From IMG/VR virus record IMGVR_UViG_3300034062_003747, positions 13,826 through 77,825 of that record: DNA of 64,000 bases. One strand, given 5' to 3'. A program made the position numbers and the translations under genes. Below, in pieces: positions 39,882 to 49,183 of the stretch (within the stretch, counting starts at the first letter, position 1; every line of letters begins with the position of its first letter). The notes below the pieces were generated by a model that was not told the origin of the DNA, did no database searches, and saw nothing but the letters and a program-made list of their open reading frames with translations. This stretch comes from a virus.

Positions 39882-40505
39882 TTATTTCCAAATAGAAAAT
39901 TGGTTTTGAATCTTATACCAAAATAATTCATCAGTTTTTAATAAAGTATTAATTTCAATCCATTGTTGGGGATATGTTTTGATTAAATACTGTATTAGTT
40001 CAGATTTGGATAACCATATTGGATAGTTTGAAAAATTATACTTTACTTCATCAAAAATAGGTAATTTTTCAATACCCATTTCTTTGGTTAAGAAATCGTT
40101 TAAATCATCCAACATTACAATAGTAGGTGGTGTAGGTAAAGAGACTCCAAACAAATATAGATATTTAAACAATTGATGATGCCAATGTAATTGGGAGTTA
40201 ATATCTATAATAAATTTATTTAACAGTTTCTTTTCTTCTAAAAATTTATTCTCCTTACTCAAACCCCCCAATAAAGATTGACTTTTTCTATTCCAACACC
40301 ACTCTATAAACTCCGTATGTAATGCGGATATTAGCAAATCCATTGGAGTTCTTAAAACTACCCATTTAATATTTGAAGTTAGTGGAATTTTTATTATATC
40401 AAACAAATCAATATATTCTCTATCAATGTTATACACCTCATATAAAAAACGTGAACCACATTTTGGAGGAGTTAGAATTTGCTTGTTGAAGACGTATAAT
40501 TTCAT
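39882..40505 (-). CDS. Sulfotransferase-like protein
   Basis: PPKCGSRFL P-loop-like PSB motif and VLRTP...ISAL. Confidence 0.5.
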   Translation of the reverse strand: MKLYVFNKQILTPPKCGSRFLYEVYNIDREYIDLFDIIKIPLTSNIKWVVLRTPMDLLISALHTEFIEWCWNRKSQSLLGGLSKENKFLEEKKLLNKFIIDINSQLHWHHQLFKYLYLFGVSLPTPPTIVMLDDLNDFLTKEMGIEKLPIFDEVKYNFSNYPIWLSKSELIQYLIKTYPQQWIEINTLLKTDELFWYKIQNQFSIWK

Positions 40506-40511
40506 TTTACA

Positions 40512-41249
40512 TCATATTAATTTGTTGGTTTTTTCATTCAAAATTCTATTACGAATTTCTTTTGCGATAAATTTATGTCCGGCATCATTTTCGTGTGCAT
40601 ATAAATCTTTAGATAATCCATTTTTTATAATAAATTCAAAAAGACCTGTAAATAATAAATCATCAATATTACTAAATTTAATAAACTTACTTAAATCAAT
40701 TTTTTTAAATATATTTAATTTTTTAACAGATTTATCTAATTTAATATAGTTAAAAAAAAGATAATCAATATTATTTTTAATAAAATATTCCTGTAATATA
40801 AACATATAGTGTAAGGTTTCCTCACTTGCCCACGGTTCAGATTTTACTTTGTTATTATTATACATAAATGTATTAAGTTCACTATCCTTTATATATAAAT
40901 AATCTTTTGAATTATTTAAATAATATTCTTCACCCGTTTCAGTTAGGGTTCTTCTTCTATTCGGCCAAGTCCATTCTATAATAACTAAATCAGGTTTTTG
41001 ATTTTGGGAAATTAAATGTTCTATTTCTTCTAAAGTGGTGTGTAATATCCTATCATTTCCTCCACCATAAAAAGCACTATTAAATAATATATTATCTTCA
41101 TTATTTGTATTTTTATAAGAAATTATGTTTTGTATTAAAATTTCTTTAAAATTATCCACAATTGAATACATGAGTATTTTAGGCCAATTTAAACTGAATT
41201 CAGCCCAATCACCCGCAGAATATGAACATCCGTTTACATATAATTTCAT
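40512..41249 (-). CDS. SGNH/GDSL-like protein
   Basis: NGCSYS, GGGNDRI, IIEWT..R, AHENDAGH; ends NKLI. Confidence 0.68.
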   Translation of the reverse strand: MKLYVNGCSYSAGDWAEFSLNWPKILMYSIVDNFKEILIQNIISYKNTNNEDNILFNSAFYGGGNDRILHTTLEEIEHLISQNQKPDLVIIEWTWPNRRRTLTETGEEYYLNNSKDYLYIKDSELNTFMYNNNKVKSEPWASEETLHYMFILQEYFIKNNIDYLFFNYIKLDKSVKKLNIFKKIDLSKFIKFSNIDDLLFTGLFEFIIKNGLSKDLYAHENDAGHKFIAKEIRNRILNEKTNKLI

Positions 41250-41250
41250 T

Positions 41251-42507
41251 TTACATTATATTTTGTTTAATTGTGTTATTTTTTTTCAAATCATTATTTA
41301 AAATCAAATCCAATAATGAATTTTCATTGTTCATTCTAAACATAAATTTAGTATGTACCACATCAGACCATTCTTTACATAATATATAATTTTCATCAAA
41401 GTTTTCCATAAATTCTTTTACGAATTTTGAAAATAATTTACCATCAACTTTATAATTTTTAGATTCTTTATAAAACGGATGTGGTGGAACATCAAATATT
41501 TTTTCAACCATTTCAATTGGGTATTCGTGTGTTGATATAAATGGTATCCCAGCTAATAATAATCCAATTGTTTTCTCCGAAAGGTACTGTGATGTAAATT
41601 TTTGTGTACTCCATGACCAACTCTCACATAGTATTTGCATTTTGGCTTTTGTTAAAACTCTAAAGAATATATCACCACATCCTTTTAAATTTTCAATATA
41701 ACTTATATCATCAAAATCAGTATTACCAAGTATTGAATTATTTTTAATATCATTTGAAACCAATGACCCATTTTTTTTATAATATTTATTATGATTTAAC
41801 GCATCACATGTTTTTAAATAAATTTTATTGTTATTTAAATTTTTTAATTCATTTAAAATACTAACTCTGTTTGATTTATGATTTCTTACACTATACATTA
41901 AATCATAATCAAAATTTAATTTATCATAGACCTGTTTAAATTCATACCACCATCTAATATTTAAATTTTTGTTCCATTGAAAAATAGAATTTGTAAGTGC
42001 AAAGTGAACGTTTTGATATTTGGATTTTACATGATTATTTAGAAAAAAATTATCAGTTATAATATAATGTTGATTTAATTGTTCTAATAGTGATTCTATT
42101 TCATTTGCTTTTTCATCAAACGCAATTTCTTCATATTTTTGAAATATTTTTTCCGTTCTGAAATAAGTGATTAACCACTTTTGGTTCTTTGGACAATCTT
42201 TTAATAGGTTTATAAATATTTTTAATATTTGTTGATTTTCCCTATCCATATAACTTCTATCTGGTAAGATTGGGCCTATTTTTGAATCTGTACTTGAATT
42301 AAAATATGCACTGAAATAATCTAATATATGATATCCATCCTCTTCAAAACTAATTTCTTCTTTAAAGATAAATTCAATATCAGTATTTTTGTATTTACAA
42401 AACACACTACCTGTATTGTTTTCAATAAAATATTTTCTATCGGTTGTATTATTTCCTAAAGTATATAATAACGATTTATCAAACTGATGATGTATATATA
42501 TTTTCAT
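41251..42507 (-). CDS. Putative GT-B glycosyltransferase-like protein (SEKT motif), paralog of 49184..50446
   Basis: QILCES...YLSEKT.GLL.GIPFI; ends QNIM. Confidence 0.45.
   Translation of the reverse strand: MKIYIHHQFDKSLLYTLGNNTTDRKYFIENNTGSVFCKYKNTDIEFIFKEEISFEEDGYHILDYFSAYFNSSTDSKIGPILPDRSYMDRENQQILKIFINLLKDCPKNQKWLITYFRTEKIFQKYEEIAFDEKANEIESLLEQLNQHYIITDNFFLNNHVKSKYQNVHFALTNSIFQWNKNLNIRWWYEFKQVYDKLNFDYDLMYSVRNHKSNRVSILNELKNLNNNKIYLKTCDALNHNKYYKKNGSLVSNDIKNNSILGNTDFDDISYIENLKGCGDIFFRVLTKAKMQILCESWSWSTQKFTSQYLSEKTIGLLLAGIPFISTHEYPIEMVEKIFDVPPHPFYKESKNYKVDGKLFSKFVKEFMENFDENYILCKEWSDVVHTKFMFRMNNENSLLDLILNNDLKKNNTIKQNIM
41366..41426. repeat. Direct repeat, 59/61 identical to 49296-49356
   Basis: gaccattctttacataa..tataattttcatcaaagttttccataaattcttttacgaatt in both paralogs. 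Confidence 0.85.
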
Positions 42508-42516
42508 AACTTTAGT

Positions 42517-42987
42517 TTATAAAAGTGTTATGCATTTTGCACCAAATGAATATACAAGTTTAATCGCCGCTATATTCCATTCAAATATTTCCATTCTAAT
42601 TTCTCTAAATTTTTTAAAAATAATTTTAGTTGTATTGCTATAAAACCAGTTCGAAGATTCATTTGGTCTTTCTATTACATTTGTAATGTATAAATTATAA
42701 GTAAAGCAACTGTCATTATTTATTTTTTTAAACCACCTATAACCAACCGGTTGTTCTTTATAATAAAATATAAACACATAATGACCATCATTAATTCTAG
42801 TATACACGTCAGTTATATTAAACATTCCGTCCCATTTATATTCTATATTAAAATAGTCAATCAATGTTTTCATTGAGTTTATATTTTTTTCTAACGTATC
42901 TAAATCCTCCACCAAAACATAACTTAAATCTTCATGTTCGGTTGTATATTCTATAAAAGTTTCTTTTGTTAGTTTAAAGGTTTTCAT
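42517..42987 (-). CDS. GNAT-like acetyltransferase
   Basis: PVGYRW, YNLYI, WNIAAIKL..SFG; ends ITLL. Confidence 0.55.
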   Translation of the reverse strand: MKTFKLTKETFIEYTTEHEDLSYVLVEDLDTLEKNINSMKTLIDYFNIEYKWDGMFNITDVYTRINDGHYVFIFYYKEQPVGYRWFKKINNDSCFTYNLYITNVIERPNESSNWFYSNTTKIIFKKFREIRMEIFEWNIAAIKLVYSFGAKCITLL

Positions 42988-43586
42988 AATATTGTTTGGT
43001 ATTTTTTATTAACAAATAAAATATTTAAATCTTTCCAATTTATTTTTTTATTAATCTCCTCTTTATTAATTACTATAAAGTTATTTTTTTCTAAATATTC
43101 AATAAGATAGGTGTGCCTATTTTCAGTATTATATAAATTTTCATTTCTACTCCCTTCAACTTGTCCTCTTTTTATTAAAGATATTTTTTCATTTAGGGAT
43201 TTAAGAATATCCAAATCACTACCTTGAGCATCACAATGAAAGTAATCAATTGAATCTATATTATTTTCATCTATAAATGTATCTAATCTTATAACTTCTA
43301 CATCCACTTCCATTTCATATTCGGTGATTTTATTTTCAATACTATAATTGGATAGTTCATTTATTGAAGATGACATTTTATTTTTTCCAATATAAAATTT
43401 TGAAATTCCATTTATCATTCCCACCGCTTTATTTATTATTTTAATATTTTTTTTATTAAAAAATCTTAATTTTAATTTTTCCGCGTGATAGTTGTCCGGT
43501 TCAAAACAATAAACAAACGAATCATCTTTGAGATATTTTTCAGTATCTTCACCATCAAATCCACCTATTTCTATAATTGTTTTCAT
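42984..43586 (-). CDS. FkbM-family methyltransferase
   Basis: IEIGGFDG, FEP, RLDTF, HCDAQGSD; ends QTIL. Confidence 0.85.
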   Translation of the reverse strand: MKTIIEIGGFDGEDTEKYLKDDSFVYCFEPDNYHAEKLKLRFFNKKNIKIINKAVGMINGISKFYIGKNKMSSSINELSNYSIENKITEYEMEVDVEVIRLDTFIDENNIDSIDYFHCDAQGSDLDILKSLNEKISLIKRGQVEGSRNENLYNTENRHTYLIEYLEKNNFIVINKEEINKKINWKDLNILFVNKKYQTIL

Positions 43587-43587
43587 T

Positions 43588-44181
43588 TTAAATTAGTTTA
43601 GTAATGACATTATTTGAAGGATAAATAAAAATACAACCTCTTTTTTTAACTCCATTCATATATGATTCTTTACTAACATATTTTTCGTAACTATTTTTTC
43701 CATAAATCAACTCAACGTTAGATTTAATATGTTTCCAATTCAATTCTATGTTATTTCCGTTTTCATCAATATAACGTTCATAATCCCAATTCTCGTGGCC
43801 ACAATCAAAATCATGTATAATAATAATTGGTTTATAATTAAAATTTGAAATTATTTTCAATTCATCATTTATCGGCCAAGTACCCCAATGAGCATCTAAA
43901 AATATAAAAAATTTATCATGCCCTATTTCTATAAAAAATTTCTCTAAACATTCGGGTGAATTTCCTTTTAATATTTTAATATTCGGATTATTATTAAATC
44001 TATAATATAAAGGGAAATATTTACTATCTAATTCACAGCTATAAACTTTATCAAAAATGTGTTGTAAAATATCGACAGATTCTCCTTTGTTTGTACCCGT
44101 TTCTATTATAATGTTATAATCAAATTTTTGTTTTAATTTCATTATATCAATTATTAACATGCTATCTTGCTTAAACCCCAT
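43588..44181 (-). CDS. Class I SAM-dependent methyltransferase-like
   Basis: IIETGTNKG, SCEL, GNSP, FLDAH, IIIHD; ends TKLI. Confidence 0.72.
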   Translation of the reverse strand: MGFKQDSMLIIDIMKLKQKFDYNIIIETGTNKGESVDILQHIFDKVYSCELDSKYFPLYYRFNNNPNIKILKGNSPECLEKFFIEIGHDKFFIFLDAHWGTWPINDELKIISNFNYKPIIIIHDFDCGHENWDYERYIDENGNNIELNWKHIKSNVELIYGKNSYEKYVSKESYMNGVKKRGCIFIYPSNNVITKLI

Positions 44182-44217
44182 AGTAATATATTTTTTTATT
44201 TTCTATTAAGATGTTTA

Positions 44218-44973
44218 TCATAATAATCTTAAAGGTTTTTTTTTATACTTTGTTAGATTATAATTTATTGTTTCATACTCAACATCTTCAATTGTAATTT
44301 GAATTTTTGATTTACAATTTTGATTTAGATTATCGGTTTTTTTTAAAATAACATTTGCTAACATGGGTTGGACTCCGATTGAATAATGAACATCTTCATT
44401 GTTATGAAAATTATTTTTAATTAACCAATTAGCAAACCCATCTTCAAATTTAATATTTGTTCCATAATTTAATAGTGTATCCGTATAAGATGACTCCTCA
44501 ATGAAAATATAAAATATAGATATTTTTTTAGATATTAAATATTCAAATAACGGATTTATTAATTTAAATAATCTAAAATTATAATCTAATGAATTTTTTA
44601 AATAATAATCTACTAAAGATAAAACTCCTTCGTTTTCTTCTAACACTCTACTATATTTTTTTTTGTTAATAATTTCATTATCATATAGTTCATTAAATAA
44701 TACATTAGTAGATTCAATTGTATTAGTTACTTTATTTAAAAAACAACCTCTGGAAAGAAAAGAAAAATTAATGAGTATTATATCCCCCTCCCTATAATTT
44801 TGTAATTGTTCTAATATTTTTCTAAAAATAATTTCGTTTGATGCTCCTCCAACTGTGAATGCGGGAATATATTTATACTCTATACTATCCGCAATATGAT
44901 GACAAAAATGTTTATTATCACCATAATAATTTACTGTTCCATAACTATCACCAAAATGAAATAATTTTTTCAT
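44218..44973 (-). CDS. SGNH/GDSL-like protein
   Basis: FGDSYG, GASNE, DVHY; ends LRLL. Confidence 0.65.
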   Translation of the reverse strand: MKKLFHFGDSYGTVNYYGDNKHFCHHIADSIEYKYIPAFTVGGASNEIIFRKILEQLQNYREGDIILINFSFLSRGCFLNKVTNTIESTNVLFNELYDNEIINKKKYSRVLEENEGVLSLVDYYLKNSLDYNFRLFKLINPLFEYLISKKISIFYIFIEESSYTDTLLNYGTNIKFEDGFANWLIKNNFHNNEDVHYSIGVQPMLANVILKKTDNLNQNCKSKIQITIEDVEYETINYNLTKYKKKPLRLL

Positions 44974-44974
44974 A

Positions 44975-46138
44975 TTAAAAATTTGTGAATATTTGTATAT
45001 TTTGATAATCCGTTTTCAATTTTTTTAATTTATTAACTTCGTCTAAAAACATTACATGCTCAGGATGTTCTGAGTTTCTTACATTTTTTATTTTAAATTG
45101 TCCTTCTGTAAATGTTCCCCAGTTATTAATATGGATAAAGTTTACTTCCGTTTTCATACCATTTAGTTTTTGTAAGTAATCTGCCAATTCCACAAACCCA
45201 ATCATTTCCGTATAATTATTATTTTGAACTACGAATGTTAATCTTACAAAATCTAAATTTGGTATTTTAGTGAATATAAATTGTAAGTTTTTATAAAGAA
45301 TATCCCAATTACCACCTAATCTTATTTGTTCATAAGTTTCCTTTGTACATGCGTCTATACTAATTTCTGCCGTTATTCTTGGTATTGAATGTAGATTTTC
45401 TAATCTATCCCATATTTTTTCTGTCCATCCGTTTCCGTTTGTGTGTAAATGTAAATTTTTTGTATTTGGGTATTTTTCCATTGTAATGGATTTTAAAAGA
45501 TTACGCCAAAACTCACTCCCAAATCCATCGCCACTTGCGGTAATGTATAATTCGTGAGCATCATTCATTGCAAATTCTAAAATTTTATCCTGTATGGTTT
45601 CTGATTTTTCTCTTTCTTTGCCCGTAGTATTAATAAAATCGGTTCTACATGATGGGCATTTAAGGTTACAACTTCTATCATGTGAAAAAATAACACACTC
45701 GGGCCCCCATGGTAAATCTGATATTTTTTCTTCAATAATTTTTTTAAACTTCTCTTCTCCGTCTGGGTTAATGGTTTTATTGTTCCAAAGTTTATGAAAT
45801 GTTTTTTCGTCAAAAATTGGGAAATACCCATTATCATAAACACTTTCATCTATTTCTTCATTATTCCATTTTTGTAAAAATCCACATTCTTTTTCATCAC
45901 AATATTTCATACTACCATCGTGCATAGAATCTCTCAATTTGATTGCAACCTCACTATTCCAAATATTATTCCAATTATCTGTCAATGCATTACCAGCAGG
46001 TCCACACTTAACCCAAGCGTTTACCCATCGTTTTTCTTCCTCACTCCAAGCACCGGAACAACATTGCCAAACTAAACCATTTGACTGAAATTCGGCATTT
46101 CTGAATGGTGCTACACAAAATCCTTTTTTATTACTCAT
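44975..46138 (-). CDS. Radical SAM protein with N-terminal Twitch/SPASM-like domain
   Basis: N-terminal FCVAPF...QCC...C..C; core SCNLKCPSC, HTNG, SIDA, YEQIR.GG. Confidence 0.85.
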   Translation of the reverse strand: MSNKKGFCVAPFRNAEFQSNGLVWQCCSGAWSEEEKRWVNAWVKCGPAGNALTDNWNNIWNSEVAIKLRDSMHDGSMKYCDEKECGFLQKWNNEEIDESVYDNGYFPIFDEKTFHKLWNNKTINPDGEEKFKKIIEEKISDLPWGPECVIFSHDRSCNLKCPSCRTDFINTTGKEREKSETIQDKILEFAMNDAHELYITASGDGFGSEFWRNLLKSITMEKYPNTKNLHLHTNGNGWTEKIWDRLENLHSIPRITAEISIDACTKETYEQIRLGGNWDILYKNLQFIFTKIPNLDFVRLTFVVQNNNYTEMIGFVELADYLQKLNGMKTEVNFIHINNWGTFTEGQFKIKNVRNSEHPEHVMFLDEVNKLKKLKTDYQNIQIFTNF

Positions 46139-47361
46139 ATTAACGTTGTATTTTTTTTAGGAAAATTTCCATTATTGATTAATATGTAACTTTCAATTGG
46201 AAAATTTAATCTTGTTGATTTAGGTACATTTAACACTTTTTTTAATTGGGAATTATTTTTAATACATACTAAATTTTTATTTGATATTATCTTTTCTAAT
46301 TCATTTGGTAATTTTTTTTCTTTATATGTTTTCCAAAAAGTAGTATTGTTTTTTGAACAATTATAATGATGTCTAATTATAATCATATTTTGTCTTTGTA
46401 TATTATTTATACTTTCATTAAATTCATTTTCACTTAAAGTATTATTTAAATATTTTTTAAAAGTTTTTAATTGTACCACAATTGTCATAATTGAGGTTGC
46501 TTCCAATGGTTCTAAAAAACCAGAACTTAACCCTACAATTAAACAATTATTTATTAATGTTTTTTCATAAGTTCCTGGTTCAAAAGTAATTGTTTTATTA
46601 ATTTGTATATCATTTCCAAATTTGTTTATTATTTCCGTTTTTGCAATATCTTCTGAAATAAGTTTTTTGTCAAAAATATATCCACACCCCCATCTATTTT
46701 GTAATGGTATTTGCCAAACCCACCCATAATCCATTGCAATTGCATTTGTTCTTGTATTAACCGTAACATCATTCCTTTTTAAGAAAAAAGGTATTGCTGT
46801 ATTAACTATTAATTCATCAGCATAAGTTTTCCACTTTAATTTAAATAGTTTTGGGGTTAACCTATGAAATCCACTACAATCAAATACAAAATCCGTATCA
46901 TAATTGATATTATTTTCTAATTTAATACTATTAATATCACCTTTTTCATTTTGTTCAATATTTTTTATTTTCCCATCTATGTGTTCTACTCCTCTGATTA
47001 TCGCAATTTCTTTTAAATAATCTGCTAATAATCTTGCATCAAAATGATATGCATATACACTTTTATCTTCTTCCATTAAATCACCAAATCCATGAACATA
47101 TGAATAATCTATATCTGACCAGTTGTGGAAATGAATACCTATTTTTTTTGTTCCATTTACTTTTTTTAATAAATCGCTTTCATCAATTTCTAATTCCGAT
47201 AGGAAATTTACCAAATTTGGAGTACTCCCTTCACCGGCACCTAGTATACCAATTTCCGAACTTTCTATTAGTTTTACGTTTGAATTTTTGTAATATTTTT
47301 TTGCAAAAATTGCAGTTAACCATCCGGCTGTTCCTCCACCAATTATTATAATATTGTTCAT
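46135..47361 (-). CDS. Flavin-dependent halogenase (tryptophan halogenase family)
   Basis: GGGTAGW, GAGEGSTP, Lys in GTKKIGI, DCSGF, WVWQIP, GFLEPLEATSI; ends TTLI. Confidence 0.88.
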   Translation of the reverse strand: MNNIIIIGGGTAGWLTAIFAKKYYKNSNVKLIESSEIGILGAGEGSTPNLVNFLSELEIDESDLLKKVNGTKKIGIHFHNWSDIDYSYVHGFGDLMEEDKSVYAYHFDARLLADYLKEIAIIRGVEHIDGKIKNIEQNEKGDINSIKLENNINYDTDFVFDCSGFHRLTPKLFKLKWKTYADELIVNTAIPFFLKRNDVTVNTRTNAIAMDYGWVWQIPLQNRWGCGYIFDKKLISEDIAKTEIINKFGNDIQINKTITFEPGTYEKTLINNCLIVGLSSGFLEPLEATSIMTIVVQLKTFKKYLNNTLSENEFNESINNIQRQNMIIIRHHYNCSKNNTTFWKTYKEKKLPNELEKIISNKNLVCIKNNSQLKKVLNVPKSTRLNFPIESYILINNGNFPKKNTTLI

Positions 47362-47840
47362 ATCAACGTTGTTTTTTTAATTAAATCCTCATAGTTAACA
47401 AATAACAAAGCACTTTTTCTAATTCCTTTTGTTATTTTACTTATTTCATGTAATCTATCTGATTTAAAAAAATAAGGAATTCCTGGTGTTTTGTCAACAA
47501 TAGAATCGGGATTATATAAAATATATTCCCCTCCATCGTAATCATCATTTATATGAAATCCCACAACATACGCCCTATTTTTATAACCCCTTTCAACTGA
47601 ATCAATATGTTTACCAAAATAATCACCCACATTATATTTATGGAGTGTTAAATTATAATCGTAAGATTTTAGTTTTTCACCACTTTCAATTTCAAACCAA
47701 TTTAATAGTTTAGTGGTTATATTCATTTCATTATTTGTAAGAACCGCAAATTCGTAACTTCGGTTTTTTAATTTTCTAAAATCCGTATTATTCCAAAAAG
47801 ATTTTAAAAAATCTAATTCAATATCACTATATAACTTCAT
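47358..47840 (-). CDS. 2OG-Fe(II) oxygenase (prolyl-hydroxylase-like)
   Basis: KY..GD.F..HID, DYDGGE, HEI..ITKGIRKS; ends TTLI. Confidence 0.85.
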   Translation of the reverse strand: MKLYSDIELDFLKSFWNNTDFRKLKNRSYEFAVLTNNEMNITTKLLNWFEIESGEKLKSYDYNLTLHKYNVGDYFGKHIDSVERGYKNRAYVVGFHINDDYDGGEYILYNPDSIVDKTPGIPYFFKSDRLHEISKITKGIRKSALLFVNYEDLIKKTTLI

Positions 47841-47842
47841 TT

Positions 47843-48451
47843 TTAATATATATTTTTTTTAGAACCATAATCCTTAGTATAATCTAATATTGTAAATCCT
47901 CCTGCATAAACGATTCGTTCTATATCCGAACTACGATTTAATTCAGGTTTGTGTAATAAATTTGCTGGAAATAAAATTAAATCTCCTACTTGTGGTAAAT
48001 ACGATACTTCTATACCTTCATTTGTTCTAAATAATATTTTTCCTTCTTGCTCGTTTAAATTATCAGGCATTTGTGCATAATAAACAAATGACCAATCTAT
48101 ATCCGTTTTTAAAGTATCGCTAAAAGTATGTGTATGAAATCTTGTCCAGTTGTTATTTTTATTAGAGACATATATCCATTCGGTACTAAAATATAAATTT
48201 ATATCATTTGTATTATAATTTAAAAATTTAAAAATTTTTTTATATATTTTAGTATTTAAATTTTTAATTGCTTTTGTTTTTAAAATTATATATGATTGAA
48301 TACCATGTTCTTTAACAGATTCGACTGATGTTTTTTTATTTACTTTCATATTAAATTTTAAATCTTTTATTAATTCAAAATTATTAATAGTTGGTAAATT
48401 TGTAATATAAAAAGAAACCACATCAGTTATTTTTATTTCTTTAAATTTCAT
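47843..48451 (-). CDS. 2OG-Fe(II) oxygenase-like
   Basis: HTH, WSFVYY, GDLILFPANLLH, ERIV; ends KNIY. Confidence 0.75.
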   Translation of the reverse strand: MKFKEIKITDVVSFYITNLPTINNFELIKDLKFNMKVNKKTSVESVKEHGIQSYIILKTKAIKNLNTKIYKKIFKFLNYNTNDINLYFSTEWIYVSNKNNNWTRFHTHTFSDTLKTDIDWSFVYYAQMPDNLNEQEGKILFRTNEGIEVSYLPQVGDLILFPANLLHKPELNRSSDIERIVYAGGFTILDYTKDYGSKKNIY

Positions 48452-49183
48452 TTATATTAAATTTATTTTATGTTTTTTTTCTTGTTTTAATAAAAACTCA
48501 TTTAATTCTTCTGCTATTTTTGCATGGCCAGAAATAGAAAGGTGCGATGATTCTGTATTTAAAAATTTATATTTTGTTGACCACTTTAAAATAGAATATT
48601 CGTTTTCCAAATTAAAAAAATTTCTTTTTTTTAATTCTTCTAACTGATTATCATTGTTTATTTCTGGCCAATACATTAATAAAATTTTATTATTTTTTTT
48701 CTCCGCATGTGAAACCAACGTATCAATTTGATATAATAAATAATTAAAAGTTTCTTTTTCATTATAATGATGTTCAATATAAGATGAATACATTTTTAAC
48801 ATTTCATCAATCGTATCATTTTTGTTTATATTTTTATCGTACATTTCCGAAATTAATGGATTTTTAAAATCAACTTCAAAATTTACAAAATTTGATTTTT
48901 CATTATATGTAGGTATAACATTAAATGCGTTGGGTTGGTAATTTACCCATTTTTGAAAATATGAACTATATAAACCAAGTCTATGTAACCAAGTAATTTG
49001 TAATATTATAAACGAATTTTCTATATTGTGTTTTGTTATATAATCATATATTTTATAAATAATATGATTATTACTTAATCCCGGATGTGATAAATTACTA
49101 ACATCGTATCCCATCTCTTTTAATATAGCACCATATGACTTAGTACCACATGAATATGAACAACCGGAAATTAAAACTTTCAT
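48452..49183 (-). CDS. SGNH/GDSL-like protein
   Basis: SGCSYS, NLS.PG.SN, QIT...R, SHLS..GH; ends INLI. Confidence 0.68.
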   Translation of the reverse strand: MKVLISGCSYSCGTKSYGAILKEMGYDVSNLSHPGLSNNHIIYKIYDYITKHNIENSFIILQITWLHRLGLYSSYFQKWVNYQPNAFNVIPTYNEKSNFVNFEVDFKNPLISEMYDKNINKNDTIDEMLKMYSSYIEHHYNEKETFNYLLYQIDTLVSHAEKKNNKILLMYWPEINNDNQLEELKKRNFFNLENEYSILKWSTKYKFLNTESSHLSISGHAKIAEELNEFLLKQEKKHKINLI

